From Okamejei kenojei (Eukaryota), in NCBI GenBank assembly GCA_035221665.1, contig CM069131.1:158472001-158536000 (forward strand): a stretch of DNA of 64,000 bases, in the 5' to 3' direction. A program made the position numbers and the translations under genes. The notes under the pieces are model-generated. The model did no database searches. It had not been told where the DNA came from and saw only the letters and a program-made list of their open reading frames with translations. Of the stretch, positions 22,159 through 35,729 are shown piece after piece; the stretch's first letter is position 1, and every line of letters starts with the position of its first letter.

Positions 22159-24689
22159 AAAAAAAGTCAACCATATGTATTAAACTGTCAACAGATTCCT
22201 GCATTTTCATCGTAAGATGTTAATTTTTTTTCAAAAAGCACTTTTATTTGTAAAGGAATTGTCATCATTGTAATTGTGCTGCATTGCTCCTGATGCTCAT
22301 CCACCCGACATACCAATCTGACACTGGTACATGGGGTGATGCAGGACCTTCCTGACTCAATTGTACAATTTGCTGTGGATTCCACCCCAGTGAGATGAAG
22401 CAGAGACCTGTGCATGGAATGTATCTGGAACAGATGCCACACCAACATGCGGTTTGCTCTAAATGCAGAGCTGTACAATGTATTTTACATCTGTGTGATG
22501 CCAGTTATTCTGTATCAATGCAAACTCTGGAATCCTATAGTAAACACATCAGTTCTGGCTGGATTGGGTGCCACTGCTTCATTACATCTGAATTCAGTTG
22601 GAACCCTCTTTTAAATTTGGGTGAAAACTGAGATCCTTATTTTGCGAAAGATAACTGGTTTTGGACCAAAGTGATAATAGAAAGCATCTGCTTTGCAAAA
22701 GTGGTGCTTGTAAGTAGAGAGAATGTCAGTATGCAATTGGTAGTGTTCACATCTTATACATATTAAGTAGTCCAGACAGATACTACTGATTTATTGAAAA
22801 TAATGTTTCATTTTATTTCTTAATAATTACTTTAAAAGATTAACAGTATACATGAAATCCTTTCTATGTGGTGTTTTATTGGTTTATCAAAAGCTCAGTG
22901 TGCTGTCCCTTGCTGAATTAATGGAAATGGGAGTTATATTTTGTGGATTTTATGGTTTGATGAATGGAGGGACATTCTCAAAGGGCCAGATGGTCTACTC
23001 CTGCCTCTATTTCTAATGTCCCTAATATACATATACTGTTGTAACAAAACCAAATAAGCTTTGCAATTTTGCTGACTTTGTGGAAATTGATAACTACATG
23101 CTGGCAGCAAGTCTTCCGTGACTAACAATGCACTTCAATTGAAGCTAATTCAGCCATTCTGCTCCCCAGCCTTTCAAACCCGTCAACTCTTTCTTTACTC
23201 TCCCAGAAATCACACTGGCACTTTGAAGTATGAATATCTGCAGTGTTCTGCCTTTGTTGATTGAGAAGCAAAGTACATGAAGAGTCTATCCGTTTGCTGA
23301 AGCTACTCTTAGAAATGCATCCATCTGTTGCATTGCAACTGTGAATTATTTGCAAATTTGGGACGGGGCTATGCTGAAGGGGGAAGGGTAAACACAGCTC
23401 GAGTCACTTCTAACATGATTTAATTGCTTTTTGGTTTGTCAGCATTTTTACATTTTCACTTAAACAATTTAAGGAATCTGCTAATCCATAAATGATGAGG
23501 TTGGAGCAATTCCATGTGGCTTCCCAAACCTTGCTGATATTTACTGAAAGATTGTATTAACATTGCTCTGAAGCCAATTCTTCCCGGTGATAAATTGCAA
23601 TGGTACAATAACTTCCTTGGCTGTGATCTATCTGCCTTTTCGCTCTTCCCCAATGTAATTCTTCACACTAGAGAAAGCAAGAATGATAACAGAGATAAGC
23701 TATGTCATTAATAGGAGTTGTCATGCATTGCATTCCAAGCACTGAGAATGTTTTCAAGACCTTACACACACAGACCGCCACCTGCAGCAACTCAGTGTTG
23801 CATTCAGTCTGTAACTGCTAGACCACAAAATACTCAAAACCATTTATCTTAGACTGGACAGCAATCATTCATTGTGCCCCCATAATAGGGAATGGGCAGT
23901 ACAGTCAGAATTCCTGGTTTTGATCACCATCCAGAAATCTCTACTGGAAAAGCACTTTGGTTTAAACATTGTATAAACATAGGGCTCTGAAGTCCATGAT
24001 TCAAAAAACGTCAAATGGCCATTTGTCTCTGCTTACTCACAAATAACTATTCTTCAGGATAAAATAAAGCTGTTGTTTTCCATTAAACTGCAGTAAAGAT
24101 ATGAAGATAAAATTGGTAAATAAATTCTTGGATCTGGTTAGATTCAGAAAAATAATTCCTCAAGGTTTTATATCTGGCTAAATTGTAAATGTATTCATTT
24201 AGAATTCCGAATTAGTCTGATTTACTTTGCTGAGTTTGGGACCATTCTGAAATTGAACTTATTCAACATTGACAATGAGATATTTAACCCCAATTCCAAA
24301 TAGCAACCACAACTCCTGTGCCAATCAAACAAATCACAGCTGATCTGGATTTCAAAAATATTTACTTCCCTTTGTTCCATATCTTTTGACATCCTTATTT
24401 ATGCCGTTCTTTAAAATCAAGAAAATAAGATTTTTTTTTTAAAAACGTGTATCTATGTACTTGAAATAGATTAGGTGGTACATTTTCCACTTTATAAATT
24501 GACACAAAGTGCTGGAGTAACTCAGTGGGTTAAGCAGCATCAACTGGAGATTTAAATTGCTGTGATATTAATTAACAGTAAAGGCTGGTAAGGTGGATCA
24601 AGAAAAAGGAGCTCTACAAATTACAAAGGATTCATTTCAAAATGAAGATGTTAAATGTCTAATGCGAGATAATTCATGATTAGATTTAC

Positions 24690-25224
24690 AACATAGAACA
24701 TAGAACAGCCCAGGAACATATCCTTTGGTCCACAAATGCCAAACATAATGTCAGGGTAAACTAATCTTCTCTGCCTGCACATGATTCATATAAACGTCAT
24801 TCCCTGCATATCCACGTGTCTTTCTAAAAGCCTTTTAAATGCTACTATCATATCTGCCTGCACCACCACTCCTGCCATGCATTCCAGGCACCCATCACTC
24901 TGTTTTTAAAAAAAGGCCCTACATATATCCATGAAACATTATCCCTCTCACCTTAAACCTAGCTTGCAGTGTAGCTTCTTGCAGTGTAGCTGCTTGCTGC
25001 TGCTGGCGCCGACAATGGAGGCCATGGTGTACTGCTCCTTGCTGTTTTGTATGTGTTTGTTCGTTTGTGTCATCTGTGAAAACCCTACAAAGATTCATTA
25101 ATGTCTTATAATTATTAATGTTTAGTGTTTTCTGAGTCATTCATAACCGTCACTGTATGTCATGTTGTTACTTGTGGGCGGAGCACCAAGGCAAATTCCT
25201 TGCATGTGAATACTTGGCCATTAA

Positions 25225-25267
<43 letters not shown>

Positions 25268-25486
25268 AACTATACCTTCTAGTCTTTGACATTTCCACTG
25301 TGAGCAAAATGTTTAGACTGTCTACCATATCCCTGCCTTTCATAATTTAACATATTTATATCAGGTCCCACTCAACCACTGGTGTTCCAGAAAAAACAAT
25401 GAAAGTATGTACGTTTTTCTTAGAATTAATACCCTCTAAGCCAGGCAGCATTCTGGTAAATAACCTCTGAACCCTCAACAAAGCCC
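24690..25486 (-). mobile_element. CR1 3' fragment split by an insertion
   Basis: ACATAGAACATAGAACAG tail; CTCTCACCTTAAACCTA..CTAGTCTTTGACATTTCC continuity across 24962-25268. Confidence 0.8.
24962..25268 (+). mobile_element. Short bipartite Rex-type non-autonomous element with (TTAC)n tail
   Basis: Head GTGTACTGCTCCTTGCTGTTTTGT shared with 18920; AAATTCCTTGCATGTGAATACTTGGCCATTAAAC(TTAC)n. Confidence 0.7.
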
Positions 25487-25914
25487 CTATCTTGTGATGG
25501 GAAATAAGTGAGCATTGAAAGAGGAGTAGGAAATGTATGTGAAAATGTTAACAGAGAAGAAGAAAAATGTAATGAAAAACCAGGTTAATGGATTGGCGGA
25601 GGCAAATAATAGAACCTCTAAAATGAGATGAGCAATTACATAAACAAATATTGTACAACAATAATGGGAAGTATTTAAAACATTTTTAATTGAGCACAGG
25701 ATAATAAAATCTAATAAAAGTGAAGAACAAAGTGAACACATAAAATTTCAAAGGCAAATAATGTTAATAAAAGGAACATTAGGACAGGGATAGTTCCATA
25801 TGTTTAGTATAAGGATAGCCGAGGAATGTACAGTAAGATAGAACTTGAAAGGATTAGAAAATAAATGTTAAAACATCCAAGTGAAACTATGAAGCAAATT
25901 TATCAAGAACAAGA

Positions 25915-26450
25915 TTTTTGGTCATCCAGTATAGGAAATGTGTTGTTAAAGTGGAAAGGGTGCAGTGAAGATTTATGAGGAAGTTACTAGGTCTGAGCTA
26001 TAGGAATAGGTTGAGCAGGCTAGGACTTTATTCCATGGAGTGTAGGAGGATGAGGGTGGTCTTATAGAGGAGAACAAAATCATGAGATAGGGTAAATGCA
26101 TAGACTCTTAGATGCAATAGATAGGGTAAATGCATTGACTCTTTTACCCAGAATAGGGGTGTCAAGAATCAGGAAACATAGATTTAAGGTGACAGGAGAA
26201 AGATTTAATAGGAACCTTAAGGGCAACTTTTTCACGCAAACAGTGGTAAGTATTTGGAATGAACTTGCAGAGGAGGTACTTGAGGCAAGTACAATCACAG
26301 AGTTAAAAATAAACATTTGGACAGATACATGGCTAGGATAGGTTTAGAAGGATATGGGACAAATGCAGGCAGGTGGGACTAGATTAGATGGGGCATATTG
26401 GTGAGAGTGGGCAAATTAGGCTGGAGCCCATTTCCATTCTCTATGTATGA
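25915..26450 (+). mobile_element. CR1 3' fragment inside an older AT-rich CR1 remnant (~25490-28250)
   Basis: SRIRKHRFKVTGERFNRNLKGNFFTQTVVSIWNELAEEV. Confidence 0.85.
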
Positions 26451-26689
26451 CTTTCAAATAGTGAAATAAATAAAATAAGATTAGTTAAATTAAGAAAGGG
26501 GAGATTAGGATTAGATAGGATAATATCAGTAGAGAAATGGCAGAAATATATATTTACTTTGCTCTGGTATTTACCAAGGAGATTCAACAGATGGGACTAG
26601 GGGAAAACAAATGGTTGGCACGGACTGGAAGGGCCGAGAGGGCCTGTTTCCGTGCTGTAATTGTTATATGGTTATATGGTTATAGTAGG

Positions 26690-27997
26690 CGTGACAAAGT
26701 CAGCATGGATTTACGAAAGGTAAATCATGTCTGACAAATCTTATAGAATTTATTGAGGATGTAACTAGTAGAGTGGAAAAGGGAGAACCAGTGGATGTGT
26801 TATATCTGGACATTCAGAAGGCTTTTGACAAGGCCCCACATACGAGATTAGTATGCAAACTTAAAGCACATGGTATTGGGGGTTCAGTATTGATGTGGAT
26901 AGAGAACTGGCTGGCAGACAGGAAGCAAAGAGTAAGAGTAAACGGGTCCTTTTCAGAATGGCAGGCAGTGATTAGTGGGGTACCGCAAGACTCAGTGCTG
27001 GGACCCCAACTATTTACAATATATATTAATGATTTGGATGAGGGAATTGAATGCAACAGCTCCAAGTTTGCAGATGACACGAAGCTGGGGGCAGTGTTAG
27101 CTGCGAGGAGGATGCTAGGAGGCTGCAAGGTGACTTGGATAGGCTGGGTGAGTGGGCAAATGCATGGCAGATGCAGTATAATGTGGATAAATGTGAGGTT
27201 ATCCACTTTGGTGGCAAAAACAGGATAGTAGACTATTATTTGAATGGTGGCTGATTAGGAAAAGGGGAGATGCAACGAGACTTGGGTGTCATGGTACACC
27301 AGTCATTGAAAGTAGGCATGCAGGTGCAGCAGGCAGTGAAGAAAGCGAATGGTATGTTAGCATTCATAGCAATATGATTTGAGTATAGGAGCAGGGAGGT
27401 TCTACTGCAGTTGTACAGGGTCTTGGTGAGACCACACCTGGAGTATTGCATACAGTTTTGGTCTCCTAATCTGAGGAAAGACATTCTTGCCATAGAGGGA
27501 GTACGGAGAAGGTTCACCAGACTGATTCCCTGGATGACAGGACTTTCATATGAAGACAGACTGTATAGACTCGGCTTGTACTCGCTAGAATTTAGAAGAT
27601 TGAGGGGGGATCGTATAGAAACTTACAAAATACTTAAGGGGTTGGACAGGCTAGATGCATGAAGATTGTTCCCGATGTTGGGGAAGTCCAGAACAAGGGG
27701 TCACAGTTTTAAGGATAAGGGGGAAATCTTTTAGGACCGAGATGAGAAAAACATTTTTCACACAGAGAGTGGTGAGTCTCTGGAATTCTCTGCCACAGAA
27801 GGTAGTTGAGGCCAGTTCATTGGCTATATTTAAGAGGGAGTTGGATGTGGCACTTGTGGCTAGAGGGATCAGGGGGTATGGAGAGAAGGCAGGTATGGGA
27901 TACTGAGTTGGATGATCAGCCATGATCATGTTGAATAGCGGTGCTGGCTCAAAGGGCCGAATGGCCTACTCCTGCACCGATTTTCTATGTTTCTATG
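26690..27997 (+). mobile_element. CR1 (HER1-like) LINE, 5'-truncated
   Basis: [30 protein letters not shown]; tail TTTTCTATGTTTCTATG; close to the 8388-10489 copy. Confidence 0.95.
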
Positions 27998-28864
27998 ACA
28001 TTGTATGATGAATCAAGCAATGAAGCCCAAGCATTTAAGAGAGAACAAAGAAATACATTAAATAATAGAAACTAGCACAGAGATTGAAGCCCTAGGTCCA
28101 GATGGATTGCATCAACAATTTTAAACGGATCACGGGAAGAGATAACAGAGCCAATATTACTCACATTTAATAATTTGTGAGAAAATTCCAAATTTAGGGG
28201 GACTGATGGAGAACAGAAGTGGAAAAGAATATATCTTGGAATAAGGACGATGTCTGTGATATTTGAGGTTAATCACCCCCGTCCTGGAACATCACTGCAG
28301 GAGTTCCTTAGGGCCGTATCATCCAATGAATGTGCAATGTTCAATTCTATTTGTGCCTCCTCGCCAAAGAGGCAGGGCTGGGAGAACTTTGCAAAAATAC
28401 ACTATTCCAAAATTTTAAGTGCCTGCTGTAGTTGCTCATTGCCTCTTAAGTGCAAAAGAGGAATGGTTCTCAGCAAGATCAAATAAATAGCAATCGATGT
28501 CTTATGTAAAAATTGAGTTTATTAGGTCCTGAATTAAATTTAACATCTGATGACAAATGATGAGTAGGTCCCACATTTTGCTCCAGTGACCCTCTTACAT
28601 ATAAGGTTTTCTTCACTCACGTCTCTTTCTTCCTGTCTCTCTTTGTAATCCTGAAGAGTTTGTGAATCTTTCTTCCTCCATTTTGGCATTACTCTGCAAT
28701 CCTCAGAAAAAGTCCATTAAAAAATGTCAATGTAAGATCTTGAATGGCATCCTTTTGATTTCATTGACCAGTGAATAAAAATGTTGTTGTCTCTTAAGAC
28801 CATTGACAAACAGTCTAGGACCTGAAATGTTAACTCTTTTCATAGAAGCAGCCTGACCTCAATG

Positions 28865-29205
28865 AGTTCAATGATTCAATGATACTTAATTGTCACATGT
28901 ATCTAGATACAGTGAAATGCTTTGTTTTGCATACGACAAAGTTACAAAAGATCACCAAACAGTCCTATCTTCCGCCTGCCATTGCACGTGGCAGCAGGCG
29001 GTCCCCCCGCCGGGTGCCCCTTCATTCTCGGCAACTGCCGCCGAGTCCCCACTTCCCCCTCACCACCCCACTGCCCGAGTCTCCCCTCATTCTCGACGGC
29101 CCCCCCACCGGGTCTCGCGTTCATTCTCGGCGGCCTACCAGCAGGTCACCACATCATTCTCAGCGGCTCACCGCTGGGTCCCTCCTGACTATTTCCAATA
29201 TCCTC
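28865..29205 (-). mobile_element. Non-autonomous element with Rex-type tail and degenerate GC-rich tandem units
   Basis: CATTCTCGGC-type motif repeated about four times; minus tail ACATGTGACAATTAAGTATCATTGAATCATTGAA. Confidence 0.55.
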
Positions 29206-29214
29206 TGTTATTAT

Positions 29215-30510
29215 AATTGACCTGGGTTACTTCAATGAAGAGACATACAGAATAGTGAAGGGCTTAGATAGAGTGGATGTGGAGAGGGTGCTTCCGACCC
29301 TTTAGTCAGAGGATGGTGAGTCTGTGGAATTCTTTGCCACAGAAGGCTGTGGAGGCCTAGTTAGTGGATATATTTAAGGCAGAGAGAGATAGTCTTTCTT
29401 AGTACAGGTGTCAGAGGTTATGGAGAGGAGGTAGGAGAATGGGGTTATGAGGGAGAGATAGGTCAGCCATGATTGAATGGTGGAGTAGACTTGATAGGCC
29501 TAATTCTGCTCCTATCACATGATCTTATGATCTAATGCATAATTATTTTTGCGCATCTACTGCTTGTCCTCAGATAATTATAAGATTAAAGATCCTTACT
29601 GAAATTAATATCAACACAAAATAATATAAATACTACCTGTAATGTGTTGCCAGAGGAAGTAGTTGAGGCAGGTAGAATAACAATTTTTAAAATACATTTG
29701 GATAGGTACATAAATAGGAAAGGTTTTGAGGAATGAACATAGAACAGGACAGCACAAGAACAGGCTCTTCAGCTCACAATGCCTGTGCCGACATGATGCC
29801 AAGACCACCACTTATTTACCTGCATATAACCCATATCCCTCTATTCCAAAAGAGTCTGAAGAAGGGTCTCTACCCGAAACGTCACCCATTCTTTCTCTCT
29901 AGAGATGCTGCCTGTCCCGCTGAGTTACTCTAGCATTTGGTGTCTATCTTCCCTCCATTCCCTGCCTATCCAAAAGTCTTTAAAATGCCACACACATATC
30001 TGCTTCAACCATCAACCAGGCAGCACATCCAGGCGCCCTCGGTGTAAAAAACCTACCCCACGCTCTCATTTAAATTTTAGCCCCATCGCCTCAAAGCTAT
30101 TCTATCTAGACTTTGATTTTTCCATCCTGGGAAAAAAATTCTGACTGTGTACATTTTCTACGGCTCTCATAATTTTATATACCTCTATTGGGTCTTCCCA
30201 TAATGTCTGGCGTTCCAGAGAAAACAATCCTGTAGCTAATATCTCCCCAATCAAGGCATCATTCTGGTAAAATTCCTCTGCACCCTTTTCAATGCCTCCA
30301 CATCCTTGCTGTAATGGCGCAACCAGAACTGCACACAGTACTCTTAGTGTGGCCAACCCAAATAAAACTGCATCATGACTTCTGGACTCTTATACTCAAT
30401 GACGGCCCATGAAAGCAGGCTTACCATATGCCATCTTTACTGCTCTGTGGTTCAAATGTGGGCAAATGGGATAACTTAGATGGGCATCTTGGTCAGCATG
30501 ATCTCTATGA
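29215..30510. mobile_element. Cluster of nested CR1 3' fragments on both strands
   Basis: + fragments ~29215-29535, ~29640-29735 and ~30450-30510; minus fragment ~29735-30450. Confidence 0.75.
29852..29950 (+). mobile_element. Penelope-derived repeat with minimal hammerhead motif
   Basis: CTGAAGA (29856-29862) AGGGTCTCTACCC GAAA CGTC ACCC. Confidence 0.7.
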
Positions 30511-31592
30511 CCGGCATAAAGATGTTTGCATATGAACTACTCAATTCTTTAACATTTAGCCTATTAGTAAAGCTTCCTACTTTGGTTTATAATTAATTTT
30601 TTTAATATCTATAACAGAATAAAAGTTCAAGAAGAAATAAACAATAGGTATATATGTGACAGTATAGAAGCAAACAGCACAAGAGGTGATGTTGGATGAC
30701 ATACTCAGCTGCCCAATAGACCTTGAACCTAATGGCCAGATTGAGAGCATGACTTTCAAACACACTTTTCCTCAGATGACCAAAGACTGTTCACGCATGT
30801 TGAAGGTGGTGATTAATTTCATCACTGATATCAGCGATGTCTTTGAAAGCTATGGAAAGTGATATATATCTGAAAAAGTGATATATTCCAGAGCTATGGA
30901 AAGTGATATATATCTGATATATGTGATGTATATCTGGTCATCATAATCTAGAAAGGTTATGGAGGCAATGGAGAAGGTGAAGGGGCAAATTGTCACAAGG
31001 CAGCTGAAATGCAGGCCTGTACATGTCTGGAAAGGAAATACCAAGTGGCTTTCTTGTTTCTGAAGAAAAATGATGAGTTAATAGATGTCTTGACAAATAT
31101 GGAAGGATATTGAAAAATTGGGCACAAGGAGAATGTATCTACCTCTGTGGCAAGGTATAACTAGAAGGCATAATTACAATTACATAATGTCTGAAGGGTC
31201 TCGATCTGAAACATCACCCATTCCTTCTCTCCAGAGATGCGACCTGTCCCGCTGAGTTACTCCAGCATTTTGTGTCTACCTTGGTATAATTACAAAATAG
31301 GTATCAAAAAATCCATTCAAGAATTCAGAAGCCACAGCTTGACCCAAAGACTAATAAGAATGTGAAAATCAGCACCACAGGAAGATGTTGAAGTGTGCAG
31401 GTTAGATGCATTGAAGGGCTGGACAAGCATATGATGAAGAAGAGAATAGAAGGCAAATATTAAAGAATTAGATGAGAAAAAGATGGAAGGATATACAGGT
31501 CCAGCATAATGCTGACATGAACTGAATGGCCTATATATCAAATCAAATTCTATTACATGTTTGTTTCATTGTGAGCAGTGAAAAGGCAGTAA

Positions 31593-32348
31593 TGGGCCTG
31601 TCCCACTTAGGTGACATTTAGGCGACTGCAGGAGACTATGCAGTTGCCACATGGTCGCCACATGTTCGCGGGTAGTTGCCGGGGAGTCGCCTTCATGGTG
31701 AAAAATTAGCGGCGACTAGAATGAAGCCGCCACGGAGGGTAGCGAGAATACACGTGCCATAGGTGGGTCGCCAGGAGGTCCTAATGGGTTACCAGGAGGT
31801 CGAAGGTTCTCAGAGGTTCTCGTAGGTTGTAGCCAGTGCTGATTGGTGAATTTTGTTGGCTCATTAGGAAAAAAAAGTTAAGCAGTAGTTTTCAGAACCA
31901 AGGATAACCGACCGGTAATGTTAAATGTCCACCGGGCTTCACAGCCGTACATCTCTAGCTTCTTAGAAGTTGTCTCCATTCCTTCTCCCCCCCCCCCTTC
32001 TCTCCCATTCTCCCCCCCTTCTCCCCCCTCTCCCCCCCCCCCCCTTCCCCCTCTTTTAAATGACTTACCGTACACTGTGCTTTAGCTGTCTTTAGTGCCA
32101 ATCTTTCCTGTTCATCGGATGTGTGTCTGTATCACCTTGGCTTTGCACCGTGTGAATGTTTTAGACAGCTCTCCCCCGCTTGCCCTGTCCACCGCCTGCA
32201 TAACGGGCTGGTGAAGGAAGTGATGTGTTTGTGTGCGTATGGGCCACTCTGACAGTCGTCGTTCCAGTTGCCGGCTTTTCAGGCGACTGCTGGCAACATG
32301 ACAGTCGCCGGCAGTATGCTGAAAAATCGCCGAAGTGGGACAGGCCGA
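31593..32348. mobile_element. MITE, PIF/Harbinger-like
   Basis: TIR GGGCCTGTCCCACTT / AAGTGGGACAGGCC; TAA/TTA flanks; no coding capacity. Confidence 0.8.
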
Positions 32349-32919
32349 TTAGTCTCATAAAATCCTGCACTCGGTAAGTAGTTTTGAGCTGACTGAAATG
32401 CATCAGGAATTAAAATATTTAAAAGACGTTTGGACAGGTTCATGGATAGGAGAGATTTAAAGGAACATGGGCCAAAAAGCAGGCAGATGGGACAAGAACA
32501 GGGAGGTACCTTAGTTGGACTGAAAGGTTTGTTTCCATGCTGTGTAATTCTTTAAATCAAACTCTATGAATTTGAGGATGCTATTTTCATCGTGGTGAGT
32601 TGAGCATTAGCATGTTTCATTTAGGCCATGTCCAGCAGTGAGTTGAATGAATTAGACTAAAGCCTTTGTTGCACGGTCAGAAGGTCAGAATTGGGATAGA
32701 TATTAATTCCTATCTCACCACATGAGAAGCCAGCTAAAGATGAGCTGGCTGGATAGATTCTGTTACCTGGGAACCTATTATGACAGAATTCCAGTCACTC
32801 ACTTCTGTTTGCTGAGAAAATAAATAACATTTTCTTTGCAAGTGAAGGAATGCTCAGAGTTTTGTGTTTAATTAAGGCTTTATTACCTGGTGCATAGTAG
32901 GGTAATCGGTGATATTATT

Positions 32920-33290
32920 GAGGAGTACTAAATTATGAAGGTAATTGATGGGGTGAATGTACAGAATCTTTTTACTCAGGATTGGGGAAATAAAGACCCA
33001 GAGGGCATAGATTTAAGGTGAGAGGGGAAAGATTCACTAATAACCTGATAGACATTTTTTTCACTCAGAGAGTGGTGGATGTATGGAACAAGCTGCCGGA
33101 GGAGGAATTGGAGGCAGGTACAATAACAACATTTAAAAGGCACTTGGACAGGTACATGGATAGGGAAGGTTAAGAGGGATGTGGACCAAATGCGGGAAAA
33201 TGGGACTAACTTAGATGGGGCATCCTGGTTAGCATGAACAAGTTGGGAGTGAGTGGCCAATTTTGCTACTGTATGACTCTATGATTCTAA
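32920..33290 (+). mobile_element. CR1 3' fragment
   Basis: GGGCATAGATTTAAGGTGAGAGGGG.. ending CTGTATGACTCTATGATTCTA. Confidence 0.85.
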
Positions 33291-34399
33291 TGATGTGAAA
33301 GATGAGATTGCTATGTTTGGAACAAGCAACACATATTAAGAGTTGAGATTTATGCACATGCTAACTTTCTTTATCAAAAGGACCAAGATCTTGGTGAGAA
33401 GTGGCTGGTCAGACATTAAATCATGTAATATGTAAGTTGCTGTGTGAGTCCCCTGTAAGAATGTTGTGCAGTATTAGTATTCCAGAGTGAGAATCATGGA
33501 TAGCAGGGAGAGAAAAGTATAAGGGAGGCGAACTGAAGGTTCCTTATACAGCTTAGCGTGCCCTCCTTCTCGCCCAACCCATAAAACATACCTATTTTTA
33601 TTGTAACTGTACTTTTTCGGTTTCTTCGTATCCTGGTAGATTTAGCCTGCTGTGAACATCATCCCTGCGGCACCACTCCAGTGTTATAGTAGCTAAGTTT
33701 ATGAAATCCTGTTCCCAGCATGGAACTTCACCTTCCATCCAGTTAATAACGAAACTGTGCATGGAAATACCTTTGTAATGAGCGGGATTCAACATCTGTA
33801 ATCATTTCTGGCAATATATGTAAGTAACAAAAGACCACAATGTAAAATTAGTTGGCCGGATGGGGAAAGAAAGGGGTGAGAAAGTTTCTTACGCCATTCT
33901 GCTGTGCCATGCCTTGCTCAAACAATGGAGGGCATCTATATGTAGAATAGAATAGAATGAACTTCCAGCAATTTCTAATTGATAAAAATACATCTAGTGT
34001 TTCTCCTGAACACATCATCAGTGATGTAACCTGGGGTCATTGGGTGTTCGGATCTTTCAACATCAGACACCCTCACCCAGGCGACCCAGCCGTGGTTGAT
34101 CAGACTACGACTTGTGTTCTCAGCAATAATTTTTCTAAAATTTGCTGAATTCTGTTGGTGGAGTTCATTCCTTTTACAGAAAAAAGTACTTCACTTGTTT
34201 GTCGTATGCACATTTAAATGGCCCAAACTTCCACATACTGATAATAAATTAAAGCAGCCCACCGTAAGGTCACAACCAATGCCAGCACTATGGAATACAC
34301 TTGTAAAAACTTGAGAAAGTAACTTCGAGGCATATCTATATGAAGAGTAAACTACTGCAGAGTGAGACACCTATTGCAGGGCTAGAGGAATTGCGCATA

Positions 34400-34922
34400 G
34401 TCCCATAAGGTCATAAGGAATAGGAGTAGACTTTGGCCATTCGACCCATCAAGTCTACTCCGCCATTCAATCATGGCTGATCTATCTCTCCCTCCTAACC
34501 CCATTCTCCTGCCTTCAACCCATATCCTCTGACAGCTGTACTAATCAAGAATCTATCTATCTCTGCCTCAAAAATATCCATTGGTCTCCACAGCCTTCTG
34601 TGGCAAAGAATTCCACAGATTCACCACCTTCTGACGAAAGAAATTCCTCTTCATCTCCTTCCTAAAAGAACGTCCTTTAATTCTGAGGCTATGACCTCTT
34701 GTTCTAGATTCTCCCACTAGTGGAAATATCCTCTCCACATCTACTCTGCCCAAGCCTTTCACTATCCTGCATGATTTAATGAGGTCCCCCCTCATTTATC
34801 TAAACTCCGGCGAGTACAGGCCCAGTGCCGACAAACGCTCATCATAGGTTAACGTACTCATTCCTGGGATCAGGCTTGTAAATCTCCTCTGGACCCTCTC
34901 CAGAGCCAGCACATCCTTCCCT
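34400..34922 (-). mobile_element. CR1 3' fragment
   Basis: MRGDLI..SRTRGHSLRIKG..VVNLWNSLPQ; CATAAGGTCATAAG tail. Confidence 0.9.
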
Positions 34923-35394
34923 TCACATCTGCTTCATCCCAGATAGCATTGTCCCTTTCCTCCTATCTGCTCTGGTATTTTGTTGTGCTGCATACATTGT
35001 TAAAGCTTGGGATGCGGTCAACTCTCCCCAATGCAACACTACATTAATTCTGAACAACGCACATTCATGCCAGAGGGATTATAATGTAATTCATTTTCAT
35101 GCAAGTTTTTCAACGCTCTGATTTCTATCATCAAAAATAAATTCCTTTGGAAAGTTTATCTAGAAAATCTGAGCAACATTCAGGAATAATTAACTAATAT
35201 TTAGTGGAAACTAAAAATTTCTCAGTAACCAACTGCAAATGATTTCCTCTGACAATAATCTTTCCACAAGGTTTGTTATGTAGCGGTGATGCAGAATGCA
35301 TAGGTAGTGAGTTTGTGCACTGACAGCCTTTGTTGATGTAAACCTGAGTAAATGCTGAATAAATCCACCACACATAATTAACTATGTATATGTT

Positions 35395-35585
35395 GTGACC
35401 TCAGGATGTGCCAAAATGCTTTACAGCCAATGAATTAACTTCTCAGGCATGGTCACTGTTATTAAGCACAAAAGCGTGGCAGGCAATCTGCTCACAGTAG
35501 AGTCCCACAAATGGCATTGAGACAAATAACCCGATGATGCACTGCTGTTATTTGAGGGGAAATAGTCAGGCCCACTAGGATAGTT
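35395..35585 (-). mobile_element. Ancient Deu-domain SINE remnant (AmnSINE1/SacSINE1-like)
   Basis: GCTTTACAGCCAATGAA..GTCACTGTT..GGCAGGCAATCTGCTCACAG..TCCCACAAA resembles the Deu-SINE reverse complement as recalled. Confidence 0.6.
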
Positions 35586-35729
35586 TTCAAATGAAACGTT
35601 TTTTTTTCCTACAATGTCCCCTTTTCATTACTCCTAATGTATATGGCTGCAGAAATTCTCTAGTCGCCAAAGTAGCTATTTTTCATGTAAGCAAGAAAAT
35701 GGACATGGAGTTGAGGCTCGAGTGTTGCG

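Noticed and set aside
30848-30917. 26-bp local duplication AGCTATGGAAAGTGATATATATCTGA
   Set aside because: Ordinary slippage or repair duplication with no sign of function
33598-33825. Unique stretch with a GTAAGT donor and a 65-aa minus-strand ORF
   Set aside because: No open frame between plausible splice sites and no recognisable homology
34180-34240. TTTTACAG|A AAA AAG as possible CCBE1 exon 3 (R-K-K)
   Set aside because: Continues YFTCLSY rather than CC.G..FVLGQC and has no suitable donor
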